64,000 nucleotides of DNA from Hemiscyllium ocellatum (lineage: Eukaryota): positions 19,054,341 through 19,118,340 of the forward strand of contig NC_083409.1 of assembly GCF_020745735.1 (NCBI RefSeq), in the 5' to 3' direction. Positions 39,401-50,024 of the stretch are shown here, one piece after another (position 1 is the stretch's first letter; each line of letters starts with the position of its first letter). Below the pieces are notes generated by a model. It was given only the letters and a program-made list of their open reading frames with translations. It was not told the origin of the DNA and ran no database searches. Position numbers and translations under genes: made by a program.

Positions 39401-40438
39401 AGTAATTAAAAACCACCAAACAGATAGAATATAAAACATACCAGATCTCCCACTGAAGCAATACCAAGCCTACAAAGTGTGAGATCCCAAAAGGGAAAAG
39501 ATCAAAGAGAGAAGATTTTTAAAAACTACATTATGCCATTGTCCACACGCCTCTTTTCCTTCTTCCTTCTCGGTCAAAGTCTATCATTTCAGCGAATTCA
39601 AGAGTTCTTTTACTTTTTCTGTCGAGTTGAAGTTGTAGACAGCTCCCCCATAACTGAGACGTCGCACCGCCGGGTACCTCAGAGAGTATTCAATGTTTAA
39701 TTTTGTTTTCTTGACATCATCAAAGATCTTTCTTTTCTTAATTATGGCCCCAGAAAAGTCATGAAAAACATTATTTTCAAACCTTTATAAGCCAAAGCCT
39801 GTGGATCCCTTCCCAGTCTTCTGGCTGTTTCTATTATTAAATGCTTTTCCTTGTGATGCTGGAGTCGTGCTGGGCCGGCCCAGACCTACACATCTCGATG
39901 CGGTGGACCCACTCCACACTCACCCGGCCCGACTTGATCTCCAGGCCCAGCTACTCCAGAGGCCACCTCTTGAGGAAATCAACAAGGTTTTCACCTTCTA
40001 CATGCTCAGGTAAGCGCAAGATCTGTTGATTTTTCTCTGACCTTGATTTTCGAGGTCGTCTACTTGTTCCTTCAAGGCCCGCCCCTTGGAGCTCTCCATT
40101 GTGGCCTCCAAGGCTTCGTTAGTAAATTCTGTTGCTGCACTGAACTGAAGGGCGCTGCCACAGGGTTTGAGGTAACGGCTGCGGGCGTGCCCGACATAGT
40201 AGGGGAGTGCCCTGCCTGATGCACTCCTCTAGCTCCCTTTCCTTTAGATGTCTTCATTTCGGCTTCAGATCTTCCCAATCCTAATTTAAAGGGGCTCTAG
40301 GTTCTCTACTGACTTTCTACTATAAACATTTGTCAGGGGAGACTAACAATGGGGGGAGGGGTAGGAACCCACCTTGCCTGGGGTATGGCACAGAGCCCAA
40401 CACACCAGACTGTTCAGACTGCTGCCATCTTGAATCTC
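33425..40438 (-). mobile_element. Apparently full-length but decayed L1-clade LINE (5' UTR, ORF1, ORF2 APE-RT, 3' UTR)
   Basis: 5' end GGAGATTCAAGATGGC; ORF1 remnants ~39584-40257 (...LRYPAVRRLSYGGAVYNFNSTEKVKELLNSLK*); frameshifted ORF2 33764-37189 (WNITGSHSPIKRKKV, GILNVYCP, PTSLLNVDFKILSK, GRGSRQGCPL, FPYLGI); AATAAA plus a short A-tail near 33425-33445. Confidence 0.88.
37321..39115 (+). mobile_element. 5'-truncated CR1-type LINE nested in the L1 inter-ORF spacer
   Basis: RT motifs KSPGSDGLHPRVLKE, YLDFQKAFDKVPH, SGVPQGSVLG, KFADD; ends in a (CTATTGT)3 tail. Confidence 0.92.
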
Positions 40439-41055
40439 CTACACCCACTCTCTACTGATCACATCCTCAAAAACTTCCAGAAGATGTGCCAGGCCTCATT
40501 TCCCTTTAGTAAATCTGTGATGACTTTGACCGATTCTGTCACTGCTTTCCAAATGCTCAGTTATTATATCTTTAATAACTGACTCCAGCGTTTTCCTCAT
40601 GTCTAATTCCTCATTTGCACTCTCCCTCCTTTTATTAAAAAGTGGAGTTACATTGGATACTGTCCAGTCCATTGGAACTCTGTCAAAGTCAACAGAATGT
40701 TGGTCACTTTCCACTAATGGGTCCACTATTTTGACACTCACTTTCTGAAGTACTCTGGGATGTAGAGCATCAGGCCCTGGGGACACATTAAGTTTTGATA
40801 CCATCAGTCTCCCCAAGACCATTTCCTGACTAAAAAGGATTACCTTCAGTTCCTCCTTCACACGTGACTCTCTGTCCCCCTGCATTTCCTTTCAATAGGA
40901 TGTATATCCTTGGAAATTTAGTTCCCAGCCCTGGTCCCCTTGCAGCCATGTTCCTGCACTGCAGGCTCATTTACCTTGTTTCATATACTCGATGCATCTA
41001 AGTACTGCACTCTCAGTCATGCATTACCTGCTTCCTTCTCATAGTTATCTCCTTT

Positions 41056-41300
41056 AGAAATCATAGAATCCCTACAGTGTGGAAGCAGACCATTCAGCCC
41101 AGACTGACCCTCCAAGACGTATTCCACCCATCCTACCATTCCCATGGATAATCCTCCTATCCTACACATCTTTGTGACAATGGGAGGAAACTCAAGTGGA
41201 CACGGGGAGAATGTATAAACTCCACACAGACAGACAGTTGGAATTGAGTCTGAGACTCCGGAGCTGTGAGACAGCAGTGCTAACCACTGATGCACCATTC
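41056..41300 (-). mobile_element. HE1-type SINE
   Basis: Same head, V-domain and tail, diverged. Confidence 0.7.
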
Positions 41301-42542
41301 CACCCTGCGGGGCCTCAAGTTCAATTCCTGATCCTTTCCATACTCTCCATCCTATTACTTGGTCTGGATACTTTAATAAAGTGTCCTGAGCCCCTACCTT
41401 CTTCAAACAGTTTAAATTTCTTGAAGCTTGATTTACCTTAGCTTGTGTGGGACCACTTTGTCTGCATTATTCTGAATGGGTCATGCATTAAGAGACAAAG
41501 CCTTTAAGTTTGTTCTAGTATTGAGCTTCCCTACACTTTTAAGTTTCCTTAGTACAATATGACATTTACAATATTCCAACCCTTCCTTTTATTTCCTGGT
41601 AACAATCAATCCCGTCACTACCCAGTAATCCTCCCTTCTCCTTTAACTTACATTTTCTCATTCTCTATCCAACTCTTCCAGTTACTTTCTCTTTGAATCG
41701 TATTCAGGCTGATATTTATCCCTGAACAAACATCACTCAAAATGTTCCATGGTTCATTGTTGCTTGTGGGATCTTGCTGTGCACAATCCAGCTTGCACAT
41801 TTCCTATATTACAACAACAACCATATTTCAAACAAGCCCCACACTGTCTGCAAATGTCTTGAGGACAGCATGAATCTTTCTTTTCATTGGATGAACTGGG
41901 AGTCTTTCAGATGTGAAAGATGCCGTTCCAATGTTGTACAGTCCTCCTCCTGACAAAGTTCCTGCTTTGTCCCTTTTTTTTTGAATGGGTCTCATACATT
42001 CCTTCATTCTCTTGTTCTTTCGGTGATTATCAACATCACTGGGATTTCCTTGACTTCATTTGATGCATTTTATCCTGTCAGCTCTTTGCTTTCACCCCTG
42101 CATTTCGTCTTTCAGCCCAGTTTTACCAAGTCACTGCTCAGTTCAGTAAAATGGTTTGTTCCCAAATGAAAACTTTTACACTTGTTGCACGGTTCTCCAT
42201 TCCCATCCCTACCCTCAGTCTCACTGAGTTCTGATCCCTGTCACTGAAATGCTTCCCCATTGATAGCCCTTCCAGCTGCCCACATTCATTCTCTAAGCAA
42301 TGGTCCAAAACTGTCCCTTTTCTTTCACCATCACCTTCTCAGGGGCAATTAGGGATGGGTAATAAATGCTGGCCCTGCCAGTGACACATCCCAAGAAGCA
42401 ATTTTTAAAAATCCCTGTCCTTTTATGGGGTTTGTTAGGTATTGGATACAAGTGTTCAAACAGATTGTTTTACCAGTGAACATTCAGAGAGTTGAAATCA
42501 GTTTGAATGGCAGGGATTAAAATTGTTTCTCTTGTATTTCAG

Positions 42543-42864
42543 GCCGTGAGAACTCTCAGCCCAAGCTGACCCTGCTGCCCCCCTCCCCGGAGCAGGTCAA
42601 TGCCAAGGGCACTGCCACCCTGGTGTGCCTTGCCAATCACTTCTATCCCGATGAGCTGGAGTGGAAGAAGGACGGTGCAGTCATTTCGGACGGGGTTCAG
42701 ACCAGCAACTACCTGCGAGCTTCGGACAGCACCTACAGTGTCAGCAGCCTGCTGACCCTCTCTGGGTCTGACTGGGAGTCCGACGCTCACTTCTCTTGTG
42801 CCCTCACCCATGTGACCCTCCCTCTCCCCTCAGCAAGAGCATCAGGAGATCAGAATGTGTATAG
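42543..42864 (+). pseudogene. Ig light-chain kappa-type (shark type III/NS4-like) constant exon, frameshifted
   Basis: Intact acceptor tttcag|GC; RENSQPKLTLLPPS...CLANHFYPDELE-WKKDG...FSCALTH. Relative to the copy at 55.6 kb it has a 6-nt deletion (VQ) and a 1-nt deletion near 42820. The ancestral stop is at 42862-42864 and the shifted frame stops at 42925. Confidence 0.88.
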
Positions 42865-43390
42865 AGTGTTCAAGACAGTCCACAGAGGAGACACAACTTT
42901 CAATAGAACTGGACTGAGCTGGTAGGTCAAAAGTCATTGTCAGCACTGAATTTCAATTCTCTTCCTTCTCAGGACTGGCTCAGAGACACTTCTGAGGTTC
43001 AAGGGTTATGGCAGGTCATTGCGATCATCAAAAAGAAGCTTTACTCTGTATCAAACCCCATGCTGTCCCTGTTCTGGGAGTGTTTGACTGGGGCAGTGAT
43101 GTCCTGTGATGCCAACTCAAACCTCTCGAAAATGCTGAAGACTGTCAGCTGTACAAAACAATGTGAACCTCAGAAGTCTCTGTTTCAGTAAACCAGATCT
43201 CCTTCCTGCTCAGCCACCAGTTCCAAGTTCAGGTTTTGTCACTGTTTAAAGGGACAGGATTCTCATGTTGTTGAGAAAATCTCCACAAGTGTTTTCCTCA
43301 AACTCCATTGTGGCTGTGAATTTGTGCAGCTTCCTCTGTCTGGGCTGTTAATTGCAGTCTGTTTTCTGTCAATGTCAATCTGGAAAAGGG

Positions 43391-43396
43391 AATAAA
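43391..43396 (+). terminator. Polyadenylation signal of the + strand C-kappa copy
   Basis: AATAAA at the homologous position in both duplicated copies. Confidence 0.6.
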
Positions 43397-43957
43397 GATG
43401 AAGAAGATTCAGTCTCTGTCTCTGTGTGCTTTGGGAATGGCACGAGCTGAAGCCTCAGGGAAAGGGTGTGTGAAGTGTTAACCTCCACCCTCACGGCCTG
43501 GAGAAAGAGCGGGAGAATCGAGGGGGCAATGGGGTCCCCGGAGCAGGAGGGCAATGATACCATTGTGTCCAGAAGGGGCACTTTCAGCAGGAATGCAGGG
43601 CCTCAAGGAAATCTTTCCCAATAGATGGGGAAAAGAAGGAAGGCAGGAGGGGACAACGGGGAACACAATAATCTGATGGAAATTCTCCATCAACCCTCAC
43701 CCATCCCTTAGGCACAGCAAGATCACAAGCCAAGAAATTCAAATCAACTGTTTAGGAGCCAGAGCCACTGGGAACCCTGTATTGATGAATATGACCGGCA
43801 GGATCTTGTTACTCAGAATCACAATTCCACAGGGTTCGGGAAATAAATATTCTATAAATTAAACCTGAGTTTTCTTTCCTCTTCCAATGAGATGGAATTG
43901 CGCCGTGTCCCTGGAGTCAGATTGAGAATGTTCAGTCTGGGAGAGTCTGGGAAGCAG

Positions 43958-44157
43958 NNNNNNNNNNNNNNNNNNNNNNNNNNNNNNNNNNNNNNNNNNN
44001 NNNNNNNNNNNNNNNNNNNNNNNNNNNNNNNNNNNNNNNNNNNNNNNNNNNNNNNNNNNNNNNNNNNNNNNNNNNNNNNNNNNNNNNNNNNNNNNNNNNN
44101 NNNNNNNNNNNNNNNNNNNNNNNNNNNNNNNNNNNNNNNNNNNNNNNNNNNNNNNNN
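43958..44157. other. Assembly gap (exactly 200 N)
   Basis: Round-number N run typical of a scaffolding placeholder. Confidence 0.98.
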
Positions 44158-44769
44158 TCCTTGATGCCACACACCATCAAAGAGACCTTGGTGTTAAGGG
44201 CTGTCACTCTGCCCTCACCTCACTCTCATGGTCAGGGAGGACTCAGTCCACTGACTCACGTTTATCTGAATGAATTCCGCTTGTTACCGATCAGCCCATC
44301 TGACCCTCCCAGCCCGTCTATATCCTCATGTCATCTTGTACTGCTTCGGGACACCCCCCATTCGGGAAGGTCAATAAATGGAAAGCACGAAAACTTTAAT
44401 TCAGATATTGAAGACAATTACTGTTTTAATAGAGGAATGCGTATCTTTCATTTGTAAATGGGATCAACATTTCTTTATTGAGTTAAAGTGACTCAGATTA
44501 AATACATCTGCAGTGAATGTATAAATCTACAACAACTCCCACAGAGGATGTTTGGATTGGAGGCTAAGATGAGTATTGGTGACACATCAGAGAGGTGCGG
44601 AGATACCTGGAGACTTTGTTCCAGAACGATGTTATAAGCCTCAGGACCAGGCAGTCCGATTCCATGTGTATTAAGGGGCAGGAGGGTATGACAATGAGGA
44701 GGGCAGGTAAGGATTTGGAGAGCACTGTAGGACAGGAAAACCCCCCACTCTTGCTGTAGTTGTGGGTAT

Positions 44770-45510
44770 GCTCACCGAGCTGGGGAGTTGATTTGTAGAC
44801 ATTTTGTCCTCTGTCTCGGTGACATCTTCAGAGCTTTGGAGCTTCCTGTGAAGTGCTGTTGTGCTGTGTCTTCTGGAATTTATTTGGTTCCATTCCTGCT
44901 GTTTCCAGTTATTGGTTCCGGATATTCATTGCAGTGGTCAGTATACTGGGTCTAGGTCAATCTGTTTATTGATGGAGCCCATGGATAAGTGCCATGCCTC
45001 TATAAATTCTCTGGCTGTCCTCTGTTGAGCTTGTCCTATGATCATAGTGTTGGCCCAATCGAATTTGCGGTCCTTGTCATCTGTGTGTATAGCTACTCGG
45101 GACAGCTGCTCATGGGGTTTAGTGGCTCGTTGGTGTTCATGGATGTGGATGGCTAGTTGTCTGCCTGTTTGTCCGAGGTGTTTCGTGCAAATGTTGCATG
45201 GATTCTTGTAAATTACATCTGTCTTTCACACGATGGGTATTGGGCCTTTTGTTCTCGTGGGTTGTCTGAGCGTGACTGTCAGTTTCTGGGCAGTTTATGA
45301 GTGGTTGGAGGTCTGTGATGTTTTTATATAAGGTAGCGTGGCTAGTGGGTTAGGTCGTGGCATACCCTCATCGCGTTGTTTGTCTGTTAGGCATCTGTGG
45401 ATGAAGTTGTGGGAATATCTGTTCTTGGCAAAGTCTTTGTAGAAATGTTCTTCTCTTTGCAGATTGGGAGTGCTGCAGTGGGTTGTAGCCCTTTAGAACA
45501 GGTTCCTAAT
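44770..45510 (-). mobile_element. Penelope-like element, 3' fragment (RT thumb, GIY-YIG nuclease, pLTR with decayed hammerhead)
   Basis: Minus-strand frames give DVIYKNPCNICTKH-LGQTGRQLAIHIHEHQRATK and REFIEAWHLS; hammerhead-like CTGAAGA-tgtc...gac-AAAA-TG-TC at 44798-44831. Confidence 0.82.
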
Positions 45511-47107
45511 GCAACTTCCTAATGCTTCTTCTGTTTGTGGGGAGGGATCAGGCAGAGAGGAAGAGTCATTGCAGCCATTGTGTAGCATCCACTGTCAAGT
45601 TGTCCCATTTCCAATCCCACTGCAATGTCATTGTCTGCCCTGAGACCAAGCAAATGCTCCCATCACAAGAGGCTCCATGGCCCGGAGGACTGTGAGAGTG
45701 AGCCCTCTCCATTCAGCTCGATCATCAAGCTCCAGCCTTCCTCATATGGTGGCAGCCAGGAGAACCCTGCCCATGGGAGATTCCACACACACACTCCCTC
45801 CCTCCCTGCAGGGAAAGATGATTCCATGGCCCTGCTTTCTCTCGAAAATGATCCAAATTCAAGTGTTGCTGAAAAAAAGAAACAGTTTGTCAAAGCTTTT
45901 GTCTTGCACACAACAAGACAATTTGTAAGAAATAGCACAGCAAAACTCTGGAGACCCCAATGGGTCAGGCAGCATCCATGGAGTGAAAGCAAGGCAAAAT
46001 AAAATGCTTTCATTTGTCTCACTCAAGTACTATATTCTCAAATGACTATTTGATCCTGATTTCCTCTTTTCCTTCAGGCTATTGAAATTCTAAAAAGTAT
46101 TCCTGTCTTTTTATGAATAGAGCACTCTGTTTATGATTATTCATCATTCAATTCCAATAACTGCATCAAAATGTTTTTCCTGATCTCTTTTCAGTACCTG
46201 GTATATGACTGGAGAATATGTCATTTTGCCTTTCAGTTTGTCTGCACTGATAGTCAATCTACATTTACTGTGTTTATTTGTTTAAGAATTTTTGAACATC
46301 AGAATACCCTCCCTCCACTGTTGACATCCTGTCTGGCCTTCACAGAATCACAGAATTGAGGAATTCCTACGGAGTGGAAGCAGGCCACACAGCCCAGCAA
46401 ACTCATACCGACCCTTTGAAGGCCATCCCACCCAGACGCACACCTCCCCCACCCTATTCCTGTAATCCTGCATTTTCCATGGCATTTTTCATTTGCTAGC
46501 CTGCACATCTCTTGTGACCCTAGATCCCCTGTCCATGTCCCATTATGTATTGCCCCTCAAAGCAGCCCCTAACTGTGCACCATATTCTAGCCATGATCTA
46601 ACCATTCTTCAGGACAGCATGAGAGAGCAGCTGATTAAAGCAGATTCCATATCAACATGAACATAGAATACAGCGTGGATGTGAAAAGCGTGTTTCCTTT
46701 TCGGGGAGAATATCAAATTAAAACAAGTTCCCTCACAGAAGACCGAGATAAGCAGGTTTTTTTCTTGCATAAGGTCATAGATCTTTGGAACTCTTCATCA
46801 AACATAGAAATGAAACCTCTGAATGCCTGTAGTGAAGAAGTAGATAGCCATTGCTTTCAAGAATCTATCAGAGTAAGGCAAGAATGTGGAATAATCAGGT
46901 CAGCCATGGGGAGCAGGCTCAAGAGGATGAATCTCCTTCCTCTGCCCCTAACTCATTTGATCGTGTGTCCAGTTCCACCGTTGAAAGAACAGCGCCTTGA
47001 AAGTTTGTGGTTTTCAATAAAGCAGCTGAAGTGGCTGCTGGTTTGTGTGGGCACGAATGGAAGGGGACTTTACCCATAATCCTCAGCAGCCGTGCAAGCT
47101 CTCTCTC

Positions 47108-47123
47108 GCCACTAGAGGGCAGC
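47108..47123 (+). promoter_or_regulatory. Candidate CTCF-binding site
   Basis: GCCACTAGAGGGCAGC fits the CTCF core consensus CC(A/G)(C/G)(C/T)AG(A/G)(G/T)GGC(A/G); lies in non-repetitive-looking sequence. Confidence 0.55.
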
Positions 47124-49499
47124 TGCTTCACTGTCCCTGATCAGTAAAAAATAAACTGGGACTCTGCTTGGAGCTAACAGGCTCAATCTGCAGAGACCCA
47201 TAGAGAGACAGTGCAGCTTTAGAAGTAGGGTACTGAGGGCACCACAATGAAAATATCCCCTGTGATAAGAAAAGTACTTTGATGTGACTTTTGTTTGTCT
47301 TCACAGTGTGTTGTTTTGTTCATTCTGTGAAACACGTAGATGATGTTAGTACTGAGAGGCACAAAGTATATTTCCTCCTCTAACCCCTTTCCAACACACC
47401 CTCTCCATCTTGCTTTACTCCTTATTGACTCTTCTACAATTGTCCCTGTTCCCTCACTCCGTCCCAGTCCCTGAGGGATTGATGGCCGGAGTTCATGACC
47501 CCGCACTGTGTGAAGGTTGGTGTGAAGTGAGGCCAGTGTGTTGGAGCTTGGGCTCCTGCCTCAGGCCCAGGTGTAGGGCCTGTTCAACAATCTGCACATT
47601 GTCCTTTTTCTCTTTCTGACCGTACTGGAGTTTTCAAGCTGCAGTAACTTGCTGGCAACAAGGTGTCTTGTCTAAAATGTTCCCAGCACTGGACAGATCT
47701 CTGCTGTTGATTTTTTTTCTCTCTCTCTGGAGTCAGCTCTGTATTCAGTGCCTGTTATCATTTTGTTAGAGTTCATATGTCAGCTGCTGCTTCCTTGCTA
47801 TGGACTTGGAAAAAAAATCATCAATGCCTCTTGAGATTTAAATCATTTAACATTCCAATGATGTGAATGCATCAGTGTTGTTTATAGCAGGGAGCATTTA
47901 ACATCATGGTTCTAGGTTTTAATGGATCCTCTCTCGTGATAATACAGTTTGCAATGTTTCTCTCCCCTTACATGTTATTCAGATGCTTGCAAACCTGTTA
48001 TGATGAGGACAGTGTGTCTTCAACAACGTGTGACGGAGTGGATGGGTGTTTGATTTCTCATCTCATTATCGTCCAGTTTCCAAAGAAAATGCTGTAGTCT
48101 TTGAAATGAGATTATCTATAATGTGTTTGGATTTTATTTTTGCAATGCCAATTTTCATAAACAATATCCTGTTCCATTTTGTAGTTATGTTTGTCAATGA
48201 ATGTTCCCTGAGATACTGAGAGTTTATACAACACGCCATTTGCCTGTGACCCAGTTGTTGGCTGAAGCCTCTGATTGTTCGGTGAGTCCAAGCCATTGTC
48301 TTGCTCTCTGCAGTTATACCATCAACTTGGTTTCTCAGTGTGAGCCAGGAGACCACTGCGTGGTGACTTCCTGTTCCACTGTCGGTGTAAAGGCAAGTGG
48401 GAACTGTTGAGGTTAATCCCATCATGAACATCAGAACATTCTGCTCAGCTGGAACTACATCCACTGACTAATTTCTCTGGCCACCATCGCAGTAAAACCA
48501 AATCTCTCCCTTTGTCAGCACAAAGAGAAAGTGCCCATCAGATTCCCTCGTGTGTTTAGCCCAATAGGAGCAGCACTGGTAGACCATGCTGCATCAGCCT
48601 GGACAGAAACTTGGGCAAACTCCAAATGAAACTGTGATCTTCAATGGATCTGCTGCTACAGGAAATATGTAATTGGACTCCTTGTTAATGAATCACCTCA
48701 TCAAACCGAAATACAACTGAGAAAATATAAACCAAACCAATTTCCCAAGGTCACAACACAACAAGAAAGTGGGGAACAGACAGATACTGTCCCCTGTCTT
48801 TAGGGAGATTGCTTTTCCTATCCCCTCTCCCTCTCTGGGTTAAAATTTTTACCATCCTTTCTGTGTGAGAATATTACTGTTCCTGTCCCCACTCTCTTGG
48901 GGACAGGTGGGGATGTCACATCCACCCAGTTCGTTTGTTCCATTTACTCTTCTGAAATGGGGAATCCCTGCTTCGCCATGTGTGTGAGCCATGTGTGAAA
49001 GTCCAGCACAGCTCACCCTTCATCTCAATCAGATCACTGGGCTCTAAGGTCGGTCAGTACTGTCTGGACCAGACAAAAGCACTGACTGACTGGAGACAAT
49101 TCAGATCAAGTCCCAATGAGACTGCTATTGACCTTCACCCTCAAAGCCCACTGAGGGTGTGGTCATTAGACCCAGTGTTGTCACAAAGTAAGTTCTCCCA
49201 GAGATTCATGATCCATTCTAGATTTTACACAAGTGTGCGATGTTGTTGGATGACAGGTGGGAAGGCTTGGAGACAAAACATAAAAGGAGAGAGAATTATA
49301 TTTCTATTATGCCGTTTTTGAGCTTGGATGTTGGAAAATGTTTTACAGCCAATTCAATACTTCCGAAGTCCAGGCATTGTTGTGATGTGGGAATTGTGAC
49401 AGCCTGGGCAAGGCAGATCATATGGCAGCACCACCCAGAGACTGGAGGCTGCTACTGCAGGCAGGGGACAAACCAGTTGTGCTGTGAGGGAAGGACACT

Positions 49500-49870
49500 G
49501 GAGCACACAAGAACATGAGAAATTGAAGCAGGAGTAGGACTTCAATGACTGTCCATCCTTTCTTAAATACAGGGACCAAAATTGCACACAATACTTCAAA
49601 TGCAGTCTCACTAACACCCTGTAAAGTTTTAACAAGACTTCTCTACTTTTAAATTCCAACCCCAGACAATAAAGGTGAAAATTCCATTTGCCTTTTCAAT
49701 TCCTTGCTGCACCTGCACTAACTTTCAATGTTTCATGCACAATACTACCCAGATCACTCTGTACTGCACTTCTTTGGAATCTCTCACTATTTAAATAATA
49801 GTCGGCCTTTCGATTATTCCGAACAAAGTGCATGGTCTTACACTTTCTGATATTAAATTCCGTCCACTGT
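49500..49870 (-). mobile_element. CR1 RT 3' fragment
   Basis: LLKLYRVLVRLHLKYCVQFWS. Confidence 0.75.
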
Positions 49871-50024
49871 GTATGAGTGTTTCATTTTCAGTTTGGTCAC
49901 CTCTTTGTGATTGACTGTCTCAATGCATTATCTGTAGTGTGTCCCATTCCCATTTGTTGATGGCCCTGACACTTGATTGTCCAGCCCTTTCCTGCTGGTT
50001 CCATTCAATGACAGGCAGGAGGTT

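Larger units (their letters stand above)
42115..43440 (+). repeat. Inverted segmental duplication, copy 1 (partner 55045-56370)
   Basis: Upstream intron, C exon, 3' UTR and a shared SINE-tail fragment align by eye with the reverse complement of 55045-56370. Confidence 0.88.

Noticed and set aside
41985-42030. ATG GGT CTC... (MGLIHSFILLFF) as a leader exon for the + C-kappa
   Set aside because: The only GT donor is phase 2 whereas the C exon needs phase 1, and there is no octamer promoter
20461-42543. In-frame CEP350-C-kappa fusion by splicing a phase-1 donor to the C acceptor
   Set aside because: Formally possible, but it needs skipping of five strong exons and polyA signals, and there is no supporting evidence
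43450-43615. + frame SLRERVCEVLTSTLTAWRKSGRIEGAMGSPEQEGNDT, faintly like an Ig C1 domain
   Set aside because: Cys-Trp spacing is too short, there is no second Cys and no acceptor, and it is bounded by stops
43852-44207. ORFs containing X runs
   Set aside because: Artefacts of the N gap
44255-44340. Minus-strand ...ATAAAC|GTGAGT resembling a J-kappa donor
   Set aside because: No FGxG motif, stops in all frames upstream and no RSS
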